A program made the position numbers and the translations under genes. Shown piece after piece: positions 6,603-15,067 of a stretch of DNA of 20,668 nt. Source of the DNA: a virus; the IMG/VR virus record IMGVR_UViG_3300011429_000001, positions 79,962-100,629 of that record. One strand, 5' to 3'. Each line of letters begins with the position of its first letter. The stretch's first letter is position 1. A model generated the notes under the pieces. That model was not told the DNA's origin. It did no database searches and saw nothing but the letters and a program-made list of their open reading frames with translations.

Positions 6603-8270
6603 CTATCGACGAACGACGAACACCGTCGGCGCCGAGGCCTTCAGCGGCGCGTCGGCCGGTCCCTTTAAGAACGACTCGATGTATTTGGGCGCGTGCTCCT
6701 TCCGCGTCGCATACCACTGTTGGCGCCAGAAGCCCTTCACAACGAAGCGGACGGAGAGCTTCCGGCCGCTCGCGCCCTCGATCGGCGCGTCCTCGCGGCG
6801 TACGTAGTCCGACTTGCGGAGCTCGACGATTCGGACACGCGGCGTCTCGGCGAGCCGATGCTCGCGCTGTAGTTGCCGCGCCGCTTGCCGGAGTCCCTGC
6901 CCGCTCGTCTCGACGACGATCTTCTGCCGCAGCCACGCCGCGGCGGCGATGAAGAACCGCGAGAACGCGACCGACGCTTCGACCGTCGTCTCGATATCCG
7001 CGGAGTCGAGACCCATTAGGCCGTCGTCTTGCACGCGTTGATACTCCCGGCGCAGGCGCGGTTCGAGTTGCGCGAGCGTCGTACCGTCGTGCCAGATCCA
7101 CGCGGTCGTCGGGATCGCGACCTCCATCTCGCGTCCGCCGACGTCGTCGCGGTGCATAATGAAGGTCTGGAACCACATCCCGAGCTTCGGTTGCGGCTTC
7201 AGCGACGGGAAGTCCGGCGGCGGCGCGACGTCTTGGAGGCCGTAGCGCCAGAGGAGCGCAACGACCGGCGCCTCGACTCCGGACTGCTGCACCGTTCGGA
7301 TCGGGAGCGGCTCTTGGAACCACCACCACCCGCTCCGGTTCACGCGCGCGATCTCGCCGAGCGCCGAGACGGTCGGCGAACAATCGATCGGGATCCCGTC
7401 GGCGCTCGCCATCACGGCCTGCGTCGTCGAGGGCGCCCAACAGAACGTCTCGGCCATCCTTAACGAGCCGACCGTATGCTGTTGGAGCGCGCCGATGCCG
7501 TTGTTACGAATCGACGGCGCGATCGATACGTTGTACTTATAGCTCCGCCATTGGTGTTCGAGCGCGAGCATATGAGCCGGGCCGAGCGCGTGCCGCTCGA
7601 CGACCGAGTCGAGCCTCGCGAGCTCTCGCTTGACCGCGGCGAGGACGACACGCGTCACGGCATTATCGTTGAGGCTAATCCACCGCTCGCACGCGCCTCC
7701 GATCGCGGCCCTGACGACGAGCGCGTCGGCGCGGCTATATTCGTGGCGCGCGCACTTCGCCATAAAGACGTCGACGTCGCAGAGCCACTCGTCGAGTTGA
7801 CCCGGCGCGAACTCGTCGAGGCGACACCCGGCGATCACGCGGGCCTTCGAGTCCGAGACGCCCTGCGCGTAGTCGCCGGTCCGCTTCGCGAGGAACCGCG
7901 CGTAGAACGCGTGCGCGCAATCTGTCAGGCGAGGCATCTCGTCGAGAACGTCCGTTAGCGCGGCGTCTCGCTGCTCGCCGAACATCGTTACGACGATCAT
8001 CCGGACATACTCCGCGAGGTGCTCGGCGTCTCCGCCCGGACGGATCTCGACGGCGGCCTCGCACCGCGCGAGGATGTTACGCCAGTGCTCGGCGTAGGTC
8101 GGCTCGTCCGGGCCGACTTGATTCAGTACGGCGCCGAGCCGAGCGGAGAGGCCGAACTCGCGCCACATCGCGCGCGCGTCCTTCCCGGCTTGGATCTCGC
8201 GCGACTCGTGGGTCCCGAGACCGACGAGCGACGTCGCGACGCTCCGCAATATGTCGAGTCCTTCGCTCAT
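6603..8270 (-). CDS. Large phage hypothetical protein (555 aa) with a C-terminal 'V(R/K)G(H/F)WR.QWY...KGP..AP' motif
   Basis: Long ORF with an ATGA-coupled start; C-terminal RFVVKGFWRQQWY...YIESFLKGPADAPLK resembles a widespread uncharacterised phage family. Confidence 0.8.
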   Translation of the reverse strand: MSEGLDILRSVATSLVGLGTHESREIQAGKDARAMWREFGLSARLGAVLNQVGPDEPTYAEHWRNILARCEAAVEIRPGGDAEHLAEYVRMIVVTMFGEQRDAALTDVLDEMPRLTDCAHAFYARFLAKRTGDYAQGVSDSKARVIAGCRLDEFAPGQLDEWLCDVDVFMAKCARHEYSRADALVVRAAIGGACERWISLNDNAVTRVVLAAVKRELARLDSVVERHALGPAHMLALEHQWRSYKYNVSIAPSIRNNGIGALQQHTVGSLRMAETFCWAPSTTQAVMASADGIPIDCSPTVSALGEIARVNRSGWWWFQEPLPIRTVQQSGVEAPVVALLWRYGLQDVAPPPDFPSLKPQPKLGMWFQTFIMHRDDVGGREMEVAIPTTAWIWHDGTTLAQLEPRLRREYQRVQDDGLMGLDSADIETTVEASVAFSRFFIAAAAWLRQKIVVETSGQGLRQAARQLQREHRLAETPRVRIVELRKSDYVRREDAPIEGASGRKLSVRFVVKGFWRQQWYATRKEHAPKYIESFLKGPADAPLKASAPTVFVVRR

Positions 8271-8842
8271 GGCTTCTTCGCCTCCTCGATCTCCGCCGCC
8301 GTATACGGCGGTTCGATCTTCGCCTCGCCTTTGTGGATCTGTGCGATGGCTTTGTCTTCCGGCATCAGGTAGAGCGTGAGGCCGTCCTCGTCGTCCTGTA
8401 CGCCGACAGCGACGTCGCCGAGCGCGGCCATCGCCTCGACGTCTACTCCCTTAAAGTTGATGCGGACCTTCATCGGATCCATTCCTTCGGCACCAGCCGC
8501 GCGAAGGAGGAGGAGCGCGACGACCTTGTGCCACTGGTGACGGATACCGCGCGTCGCCGGGTCGTTCGGGTTCAACTCGTCGGCGCGAACGCCGTCGGAG
8601 GCGCGTTGCTTGTTGATCCATTCCTGCACCATGTCGATCACGTTCACGCGCGCGGCGCTCGACAAATAGAACAGGCTACCCTTCTCGCCGTAGGACATCA
8701 GCATTAAGAGGAAGCCCCACCCCTTCGGGAGCGCGCCGCCGATGCGGTTCGCGATGTCGTTGAGCGTCGCCTTCACCGGCTCGTTCTCGATCTCGAACCG
8801 CTTGTCGCGCATCCCGCCGCCGCTGACCAACTTCTTATCCAC
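8267..8842 (-). CDS. Hypothetical protein (191 aa), probably two domains
   Basis: GGAGG SD and GTG start; WGFLLMLMSYG...FYLSSAAR and ELNPNDP...QWHKVVALLL blocks. Confidence 0.75.
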   Translation of the reverse strand: MDKKLVSGGGMRDKRFEIENEPVKATLNDIANRIGGALPKGWGFLLMLMSYGEKGSLFYLSSAARVNVIDMVQEWINKQRASDGVRADELNPNDPATRGIRHQWHKVVALLLLRAAGAEGMDPMKVRINFKGVDVEAMAALGDVAVGVQDDEDGLTLYLMPEDKAIAQIHKGEAKIEPPYTAAEIEEAKKP

Positions 8843-9122
8843 GCTGCCTCCGTTCGCGAAGCCGTTCGAGCCACTGTCCGATCATCCGATAACGAAGACG
8901 TCGAAGCGCCGCGGCGAACCCGGGCGACGGCTCGACGGCCCAGAGCTTCGGCTCCTCGCCGCCCTTCTCCGCCGTCGCCTGCTCGCCCGGATAGATGACC
9001 TCCGGTTCGCCGACGTAGACGCGCGGCTCGCCGATCTTCGGCCGCATCGGCGCGCGCTGCGCCTGTAGGTAGCGCGCGCGATCGATAGCGCTGTTGGGTC
9101 CGCCGAATATTCTGACGCGCAT
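8835..9122 (-). CDS. Hypothetical protein (95 aa)
   Basis: Start moved to ATG 9122 (TAATG overlap; GAGGAG SD). Confidence 0.6.
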   Translation of the reverse strand: MRVRIFGGPNSAIDRARYLQAQRAPMRPKIGEPRVYVGEPEVIYPGEQATAEKGGEEPKLWAVEPSPGFAAALRRLRYRMIGQWLERLRERRQRG

Positions 9123-9562
9123 TACTTCGCTCCTCTCGACAACATCACGATCGGGATGACCTTCTCTCGCGCGTAGCGCACCGTCGCCCACGTCCCGGCG
9201 CGGAGCTCCTCCTTATCAGTAAACGGCGCCGCGACGAGCACGTCGACGGCGGCGACGAGGTTCCGATTGCGATGTAGCGGCGGGAAGACCTCGTGCCACT
9301 TCTCGAACTTCGCGAGCGGTTCGTCCTCGATCACGTCTTGGAGTGAGACGCCCGGGCACGGATGCCATTCGATCTCGAAGCCCATCTGCCGCGCGATAAT
9401 CCGCGCCTGCTTATCCGCGCCGTAGGCGCCGCCCTGATGTAGGACGTTCTTCGCCTGCGCGCGAATCTGCGGCCCGACGAAGAAGCAGCCGAGCATAAAC
9501 GCGAACTGGTCCGACTGCCGCTCCGCCATTCCCTTGCGCGTTCCGGTGAATCCAATAATCAT
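9122..9562 (-). CDS. SLOG-superfamily (DprA/Smf/YspA-like) protein
   Basis: Start moved to ATG 9562; IGFTGTRKG, HQGGAYGAD, RNRNLV..VDVLVAAP, RAGTWATVRYA. Confidence 0.85.
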   Translation of the reverse strand: MIIGFTGTRKGMAERQSDQFAFMLGCFFVGPQIRAQAKNVLHQGGAYGADKQARIIARQMGFEIEWHPCPGVSLQDVIEDEPLAKFEKWHEVFPPLHRNRNLVAAVDVLVAAPFTDKEELRAGTWATVRYAREKVIPIVMLSRGAK

Positions 9563-9783
9563 TGTTCCTTCTGCTCCTTCGTTTCGCCGATAGTCGTCCC
9601 GTAGCCGCCGGACGCGACGCGCGTCAGGTCGACCCACCGCGTCTCGGTCGTCGAGCGCCCGCACATCTCGCACTCGACGAGGTACTTATGAAAGTGGCCC
9701 ATCGTCGGATGCTTTCCGGCTTCGACGAAGCGCGGCTCTTTCCAACGATGGTCGCCCCACGTCAAGCAGACCGCCGGGCCCAT
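9559..9783 (-). CDS. Small Zn-ribbon protein (C-x5-H...CxxC)
   Basis: Start moved to ATG 9783 (GGAGG SD); CLTWGDHRW...CEMCG. Confidence 0.7.
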   Translation of the reverse strand: MGPAVCLTWGDHRWKEPRFVEAGKHPTMGHFHKYLVECEMCGRSTTETRWVDLTRVASGGYGTTIGETKEQKEQ

Positions 9784-9784
9784 C

Positions 9785-10423
9785 TTACTGCGGCCTCCGC
9801 GGTATACCGATAACGTTGACGTCGACGATCGGTCGTCCGACCGCGGTCGACATCCAGTTCCCCGACGGAGACGGCCCGGCGTAGATACCGTTGATGAACC
9901 ACGGTTGCTCGACCGGCGTCGGCCGAGCGGCTCGCGTCTCGCCCCACGGGCTACGCGTCGGAGGCACATAGCTCGCCGCGCCGATCGGCGTCTTGTAGTT
10001 CCGCGGCGGTACCTCAGTCGTTACGATCGACGCAGGCACCGGCGCCGCTAGTTGCGCCGGGCGCTCGACGCGGACGATCGATTGCCGGTATGCCCGGCCG
10101 TCGACGACGTTCGTATACACGATCGACGTCTGGGCCTCCGCCGCCGTCGCGAGCGCGAGGAGGACGGCGACCTTAATGCCTATCGACTTCAGCCAGACGG
10201 TCTGCCCGGCGGCGAGGCGCCTCGCGTGCGCGAGATCCCGGTCGATGATCTTCGAGGCGCCACGGATCGTGAGGATGAGAATACGCCGAACGTCTGCGAG
10301 CGGCATCTCTTCGAGTCGCTTCGACGCGTACCTCAACGCGCCGTAGGCGCCGAGGTCATTAATGTTCGTGCGGACCGACTCGCGGTCGTCGGCCTTTCGT
10401 TCAGCGACCGTTCTCTTGTCCAT
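9785..10423 (-). CDS. Hypothetical protein with an internal signal-peptide/TM-like segment and Pro-rich C-terminus
   Basis: AGGAGG SD; KSIGIKVAVLLALATAAEA-QT at about residues 79-99. Confidence 0.7.
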   Translation of the reverse strand: MDKRTVAERKADDRESVRTNINDLGAYGALRYASKRLEEMPLADVRRILILTIRGASKIIDRDLAHARRLAAGQTVWLKSIGIKVAVLLALATAAEAQTSIVYTNVVDGRAYRQSIVRVERPAQLAAPVPASIVTTEVPPRNYKTPIGAASYVPPTRSPWGETRAARPTPVEQPWFINGIYAGPSPSGNWMSTAVGRPIVDVNVIGIPRRPQ

Positions 10424-10598
10424 CGCCGTCCTCCTGCTGCTCGAATGTTATACGGTTAACGCGGATGTCCGGCCGGAAGTGCGCGGCGTGTGCGCGCATA
10501 TCGGCCTCGGTCTCCTCTGGATGCACCGAGACGCGCCACGAGCCGTCCTTACCGGTAGCGCGGTCGGTGTAGTAAAACACTGCGACACGTTCGTTCAT
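10401..10598 (-). CDS. Hypothetical protein (65 aa)
   Basis: Start moved to ATG 10598 (ATGA overlap). Confidence 0.65.
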   Translation of the reverse strand: MNERVAVFYYTDRATGKDGSWRVSVHPEETEADMRAHAAHFRPDIRVNRITFEQQEDGDGQENGR

Positions 10599-11032
10599 CG
10601 ACCGATCCCTCCTTCCCGTAGATCTACCTCCGGTAACTTCGGTCCTCCGACGAACGGTACGCCGCCGAGTTGATACCGCTGGACTAACCAGTAAAGGATG
10701 CCGCTCTTCGTGAGTCCGTCCTTGTGCCGCTTCAAGTAGACGTCGATCGCGGCGACGTCGATCGTACCGCCGCCGCACTGCTGGAGCTTCTCGAACTCGC
10801 GGTAGATCAGTATGACCGAGCCCGGGCATTCTTGCGGCGTCGCTCCCGGCTTCGCGCCAGCGGCCACGTGGTCCGGGTGGCCTGGATCCGTCGGGTGACA
10901 CGACTGCGCGTTACCGCCGCGGCGTATCTGGTTCCAGAGTCGGCGTACGTTCGTCTTCGTATAGAAGCCCCACGGCGTTCGCTTGCCGTGGTTCGACTCC
11001 CTCCACGGGCAATTCTGGCACGGTCGATTCAT
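10595..11032 (-). CDS. DUF6283-like Cys/His protein
   Basis: Start moved to ATG 11032; PCQNCPWR...SCH...ECPGS. Confidence 0.7.
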   Translation of the reverse strand: MNRPCQNCPWRESNHGKRTPWGFYTKTNVRRLWNQIRRGGNAQSCHPTDPGHPDHVAAGAKPGATPQECPGSVILIYREFEKLQQCGGGTIDVAAIDVYLKRHKDGLTKSGILYWLVQRYQLGGVPFVGGPKLPEVDLREGGIGR

Positions 11033-11193
11033 CGCTTCTTCTCCTTGCGTCCGAGTTTGAACCGACCGCCGCAGTAGCGGCACTTCGCGCGCGAGTAATC
11101 CTTCCATCCGAGCGCGTGAGGATGATCCGCGAACGACAGACCCTTCTTGCCGCACGTCGGGCACGGCGTCTTGCGCAGCGCATCGTTCGTCAT
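11029..11193 (-). CDS. Zn-ribbon protein (54 aa)
   Basis: Not in ORF track; MTNDALRKTPCPTCGKKG...KCRYCGGRFKLGRKEKKR; ATGA overlaps at both ends. Confidence 0.75.
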   Translation of the reverse strand: MTNDALRKTPCPTCGKKGLSFADHPHALGWKDYSRAKCRYCGGRFKLGRKEKKR

Positions 11194-11483
11194 CGCTTCT
11201 TCCTCCGTCGTTGATGTCGGATCGCTTCGGTCGGCTCGACGTTATCGTCGACGAGCTCTACCAGCGAGAGCCGCTGCGCGAGTTGCCCGGCGTCGTAGTT
11301 ATCTTTATGCCGGGCCCAGAATCCGGCGCAGACGGCGTCGCGAGAATGGTGGCACGTTCGCGAGCCCTTGAAGTGTCCTTCCATCCTCGGATCCTTGATC
11401 GCCTCTTCGAGCGCGGCGATATCGAGCGCCGAGTCCGGCCGGTAGATACACGTCGAGCACTGGCGCCGCTGGACGCGGAGCAC
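11190..11483 (-). CDS. DUF6283-like Cys/His protein (second, divergent)
   Basis: QCSTCIYR...TCHH...VCAGF; TAGTG-coupled start. Confidence 0.7.
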   Translation of the reverse strand: MLRVQRRQCSTCIYRPDSALDIAALEEAIKDPRMEGHFKGSRTCHHSRDAVCAGFWARHKDNYDAGQLAQRLSLVELVDDNVEPTEAIRHQRRRKKR

Positions 11484-11932
11484 TACGACCCTCCGAGCGC
11501 GCGCCCGAGCTCGGTGAGCTTTACGAGCGCCGAGTCGAGGAGTCGATCGTTGGCGGTCGGCGGATCCTCCGGCCCGGTACCTTCGGTCAGGACGGCGACG
11601 ACGGCCTCGATCTCGGCGACCGTGAGGTACCGGACCGCGTGCGGCGGCGCGTCGTCGTGCATCATCGGGATAAGCGCCTCCAGCTTCTCGGCGCTGATCT
11701 GATACTCGGACGCGATAGCGCGGACCTTCGCCATATCGCAGATGAACTTCAGCTCGTCGTGGAGCGCCAAGACGCGGAGCCCGTCGACGCCGTCCTCCTC
11801 GACGAAGATATTCAGCGCGACGACGCCGTCCTCGCGGTCGACGACCGGCGCGACGCGCATCCCGGAGTAGCGCGCTAGAACGGCGACGACCTCGGCCATC
11901 ACGGCGATACTCTTGCTCTTCTCGATGCTCAT
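11483..11932 (-). CDS. Hypothetical protein (149 aa)
   Basis: Start moved to ATG 11932 (ATGA overlap). Confidence 0.7.
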   Translation of the reverse strand: MSIEKSKSIAVMAEVVAVLARYSGMRVAPVVDREDGVVALNIFVEEDGVDGLRVLALHDELKFICDMAKVRAIASEYQISAEKLEALIPMMHDDAPPHAVRYLTVAEIEAVVAVLTEGTGPEDPPTANDRLLDSALVKLTELGRALGGS

Positions 11933-12450
11933 GGGTTCCCCTTCGGTAGACTCGCCAGCCGCTTCCGCGTGGCTTCCAGTGTCCGCTTCCGCCGCTTGAG
12001 CGGCGTATCGTTCGGGTCGACGTATGGGCGCATCCGCCTCCTGACGTCGCTCACTTTCCTCTGCGTCTCGCGGGCCTTCTCCAGCTCGCGCTCGACTTCG
12101 AGCACGAAGCCGCGGCCGACGTTCGTACCTAGCCACTGTATAATGCTAGCCGCGACGACGGCGTCGCGTCGCGAGTAGCGCCACATCTTGAATCCGAGCT
12201 TTCGTTTGTCCGGCGGGCAGAGGATATGCGCGAGGTAGTGCTGCCCGGTCCGGTTGCTATTGAGCTTCCGCCACGCCGCGATATAGAACGCCTCCGGGTT
12301 CGGCACGCCGGTGTAGAACTTCCGCCGCCGCTCCGGGTGCATACTCTCGTGCTCGATCGGGAGGAGCTCCATCTGCGGGTCGACCTCGACGTACTGCCGT
12401 GCCTTCGACGGCTCGTCCTCGTTCTCGTCGGGCTCAGGCTTCTTCGACAT
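11929..12450 (-). CDS. Phage hypothetical protein (RDAVVAASIIQWLGTNVG motif)
   Basis: Protein-like composition; motif resembles uncharacterised phage proteins. Confidence 0.75.
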   Translation of the reverse strand: MSKKPEPDENEDEPSKARQYVEVDPQMELLPIEHESMHPERRRKFYTGVPNPEAFYIAAWRKLNSNRTGQHYLAHILCPPDKRKLGFKMWRYSRRDAVVAASIIQWLGTNVGRGFVLEVERELEKARETQRKVSDVRRRMRPYVDPNDTPLKRRKRTLEATRKRLASLPKGNP

Positions 12451-12955
12451 CGTCGACTCCAGCGGCCTTCGAGATACGCCGCTTGACGCGGCTCACTTTC
12501 GCGGCCTTCTCCGCGCGCTGGCGTTCTTCGGCGAACTGCGCGTCGGTCCACGTGCTCCGCGACTCGTGGCGCCGTTCGAGCTTCTCCCATTTCTTGACGA
12601 GGTTCCCGATCCGCTTCTGCTCGGAGCGCCACTCCTTCAGCTTGCCGCGGATCTTATCGAGCTCATTCGTCGACTTCGCGCGACCCGCGGCGCCGCGCTG
12701 CGCGAGGAGTTGCGCTTGATACTCCTCGCTGAGGACGTAGCCGAGGCCGACGCCCTTCGGGATCGGGATCGCCGTCGCTGGCTTCTTCCGCTTCCGGACG
12801 ATCGTCCGCATCGTACCCGGGCAACGATAGCCGGTCGTAAACCCTTTCGCGTTCCGCTCACTCTTAAAGCAGGCCCGCTCGGCGCGCGTGCATTGTTTCC
12901 GCACGGCGCCGCACCGGTCGCACTTCTTCGCGACGAACTCTCGACGCTTAGTCAT
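12434..12955 (-). CDS. Basic protein with an N-terminal Cys cluster and coiled coil
   Basis: CDRC...C...C...C; K/R-rich helical C-terminus; GGAGG SD. Confidence 0.7.
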   Translation of the reverse strand: MTKRREFVAKKCDRCGAVRKQCTRAERACFKSERNAKGFTTGYRCPGTMRTIVRKRKKPATAIPIPKGVGLGYVLSEEYQAQLLAQRGAAGRAKSTNELDKIRGKLKEWRSEQKRIGNLVKKWEKLERRHESRSTWTDAQFAEERQRAEKAAKVSRVKRRISKAAGVDDVEEA

Positions 12956-13136
12956 TCAAGACCTCCAGCTCCCTTCCGTCCTTCGATCGATAGACGACGG
13001 CGACGAGCTCGCCGCCGTGGCGCACGTCGCAGTCGCGGACGAACTCCGCGCCGTCGTGCGTGAAGTTCTCCGGCCACCGACCCGGAGGCCATCCGAGTTG
13101 GGAGGCCTCCGTGATCTCGCGCGTCTCGCCGCTCAC
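12948..13136 (-). CDS. Hypothetical protein (62 aa)
   Basis: GTGA overlap with the vWA gene stop. Confidence 0.7.
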   Translation of the reverse strand: MSGETREITEASQLGWPPGRWPENFTHDGAEFVRDCDVRHGGELVAVVYRSKDGRELEVLND

Positions 13137-14392
13137 TGGAGCACCACGACTTCGCCGTACGGCGGCTTATTCCGCCCGGGCTCTGTCGGCGAGCACCAGA
13201 GGACCGGCATCCCCGGAGGCTCCGGTCGATGCGATCCGTCCATGTCCGTGAGGTAGACCAGCGCGACCGGCTGTTCTTCTTGCTCGTCGAGCCAATCCAT
13301 TACCGGCGCGAACGACGTACCGCCGCCGCCGCGCGGCCGGAGTTCGAGTATGTCGTCGCGCTCGAACGTCTCGACGCGGTTCACCTTCGCGTCGCAGTAG
13401 ATGACGTGAATCCGGATCGGCCGGACGTCGTCGGAGACGCTCCGAAGCTCCGCGGCGAACTGCGAGAGGAGGACGTCGTCGACGCTACCGCTCGTATCGA
13501 CGGCGACGGCGAGCGGGCCGACGGTCTCGCTGTGCATCGCGGGCATATAGATACCGTGCGCGATGTAGCGCGAGTTCGGCAGCCGCCACGAGTAGTCCTC
13601 CTTCGCCGCTTGTTGGACGAAGCGATGGAGGACCGAGCGCCAGTCGACGCGCGGCTGGGCAGCCTGCGCGGCGAACCGTTCGAGGCAGGACGGGAGCATC
13701 CCGCGGGCCTTCGCGGAGACGGCCGCCTGCACGACGGCCTGCTGCCATTCGGCCTCGGTCACGCCCGCTGCGGCCGCGCTAGCAGGCGCGTCCCGGACGT
13801 CGAAACCGCCCGCGGCCGGGAAATGCCCCTGGCCGCCTGTTCCCGGGCCGCCTTGCGACGTTCCGGACGGGTCGCTCGCCTTACCCTTCCCGGCGCCGGG
13901 CTGCTTGCCAGAGCCGCCTTGGCCCTTCCCGGCGCCGCTGCCGCCGAGGACGACCGTAATGGTCTTGAACTCCGGGAGCCGGGCGAAGATCCACTCGGCG
14001 CTCTTCCCGTCGAAGTTCTTGTCGCGGAGCGGCTCGAACGGTAGACCCGAGATGATCTTCCGCGGCAGCTTGAATCCGGCGTCCTCGATAACCGGGTTGA
14101 TCGCGTAGTCGCACGCGTAGTTCCAGCGGCGCGGCTCGCGGTTATCGCGGCGCCACGGGTGGCCGTTCGCGCAGTGCATAACTTCGTGCGCGATAACCGA
14201 CGTGAGCTCGTTCGCCGTCAGCTGCTCGACGAAGAGCGGGTCATAGCCCATCGAGACGCCGTCGGTCCACGCGGTACCGCAGCCAGGGTCCTCGACGATA
14301 TGAAGTCGGAGCGCGAGTACGCCGAAGAACGGCTGGTCGAGCACCAGCGTCGTCCGCGCCGCTTGCACCTTCTGCTTCGGTGTCATTGACAT
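13133..14392 (-). CDS. DUF2201-type putative metallopeptidase (HEXXH) plus vWA-like domain protein
   Basis: TAWTDG, HEVMHC, WNYACDYAIN; Gly-rich linker; MIDAS VAVDTSGS, GGGGTSF, YLTD. Confidence 0.92.
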   Translation of the reverse strand: MSMTPKQKVQAARTTLVLDQPFFGVLALRLHIVEDPGCGTAWTDGVSMGYDPLFVEQLTANELTSVIAHEVMHCANGHPWRRDNREPRRWNYACDYAINPVIEDAGFKLPRKIISGLPFEPLRDKNFDGKSAEWIFARLPEFKTITVVLGGSGAGKGQGGSGKQPGAGKGKASDPSGTSQGGPGTGGQGHFPAAGGFDVRDAPASAAAAGVTEAEWQQAVVQAAVSAKARGMLPSCLERFAAQAAQPRVDWRSVLHRFVQQAAKEDYSWRLPNSRYIAHGIYMPAMHSETVGPLAVAVDTSGSVDDVLLSQFAAELRSVSDDVRPIRIHVIYCDAKVNRVETFERDDILELRPRGGGGTSFAPVMDWLDEQEEQPVALVYLTDMDGSHRPEPPGMPVLWCSPTEPGRNKPPYGEVVVLQ

Positions 14393-14667
14393 CCTCTACT
14401 CCTCTGGATACGTCGTAACCGTCGATAGACTCGCGCGACCGCTTCGCGCACCGTCGCACCGAGCTCCCGTTCCGCGTGTAGCGCGGCGACGAACGAGCTC
14501 GGCCACCGAGGACCGAGGAGACGCCGCTGCACGACGTAGTGCCGCTGCGCCGCCCGGTAGGCGCGCCCGCGCGTAATCGGCGGGCGGCGCTCGTTCGATT
14601 CGTTCAAGAGGTCGCGGATCAACTTCCGGATCCTTTCGAGCGCCTCCGGGTCGTTATGTAGTTCCAC
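14383..14667 (-). CDS. Hypothetical protein (94 aa)
   Basis: Fills the gap with short overlaps; basic and helical. Confidence 0.6.
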   Translation of the reverse strand: MELHNDPEALERIRKLIRDLLNESNERRPPITRGRAYRAAQRHYVVQRRLLGPRWPSSFVAALHAERELGATVREAVARVYRRLRRIQRSRGCQ

Positions 14668-15067
14668 GTTCGTCGGCCTCCGTTATATCGGCGTCGATAG
14701 CGGCCCTGACCAGTCGCGCGTGCTTCCGCATCCGGCGACACGTATTCGCGTCCGGGTCGTCGAGGCGACGCGGGCCGGAGCACGTCCTGTCGATCGTGTA
14801 GTAGCCGCCGCAGTATGGGCAGGTGCCGGATTCGACCGCGGTACCGAAGCCCTCCTTCTTCGCGGCGCGCATCTCGCGCACGAGTTCGACGACGACCACG
14901 CGCTGCGTCTTTCCTTCCTGCTTACAGCGCGCGGCGATCGTCGCGAACAGCGTCGTATTCTTCGCGGCGGGTTCGGTACTCTGCAACCGCGCGGCCATCC
15001 GCGCTACGCGGTCGAAGTACTCTTGTAGTTCCCTCCACGAGCGGCGATTGAAGTGCGGTGGCCTCAC
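14654..15067 (-). CDS. Hypothetical protein with a CPYC...C...C motif
   Basis: GTGA overlap, GGAGG SD. Confidence 0.65.
   Translation of the reverse strand: MRPPHFNRRSWRELQEYFDRVARMAARLQSTEPAAKNTTLFATIAARCKQEGKTQRVVVVELVREMRAAKKEGFGTAVESGTCPYCGGYYTIDRTCSGPRRLDDPDANTCRRMRKHARLVRAAIDADITEADERGTT

Noticed and set aside
6577-7440. N-terminal 288 aa of the 559-aa ORF (possible overprinted gene or frameshift fusion)
   Set aside because: R/A/P-rich low-complexity frame overlapping the 555-aa gene; a strong SD and GTG at 6576 define the real start; no slippery site noticed.
13884-13937. 15-bp direct repeat cccttcccggcgccg (13884-13898, 13923-13937)
   Set aside because: Encodes GAGKG twice in the Gly-rich linker; ordinary low-complexity duplication.
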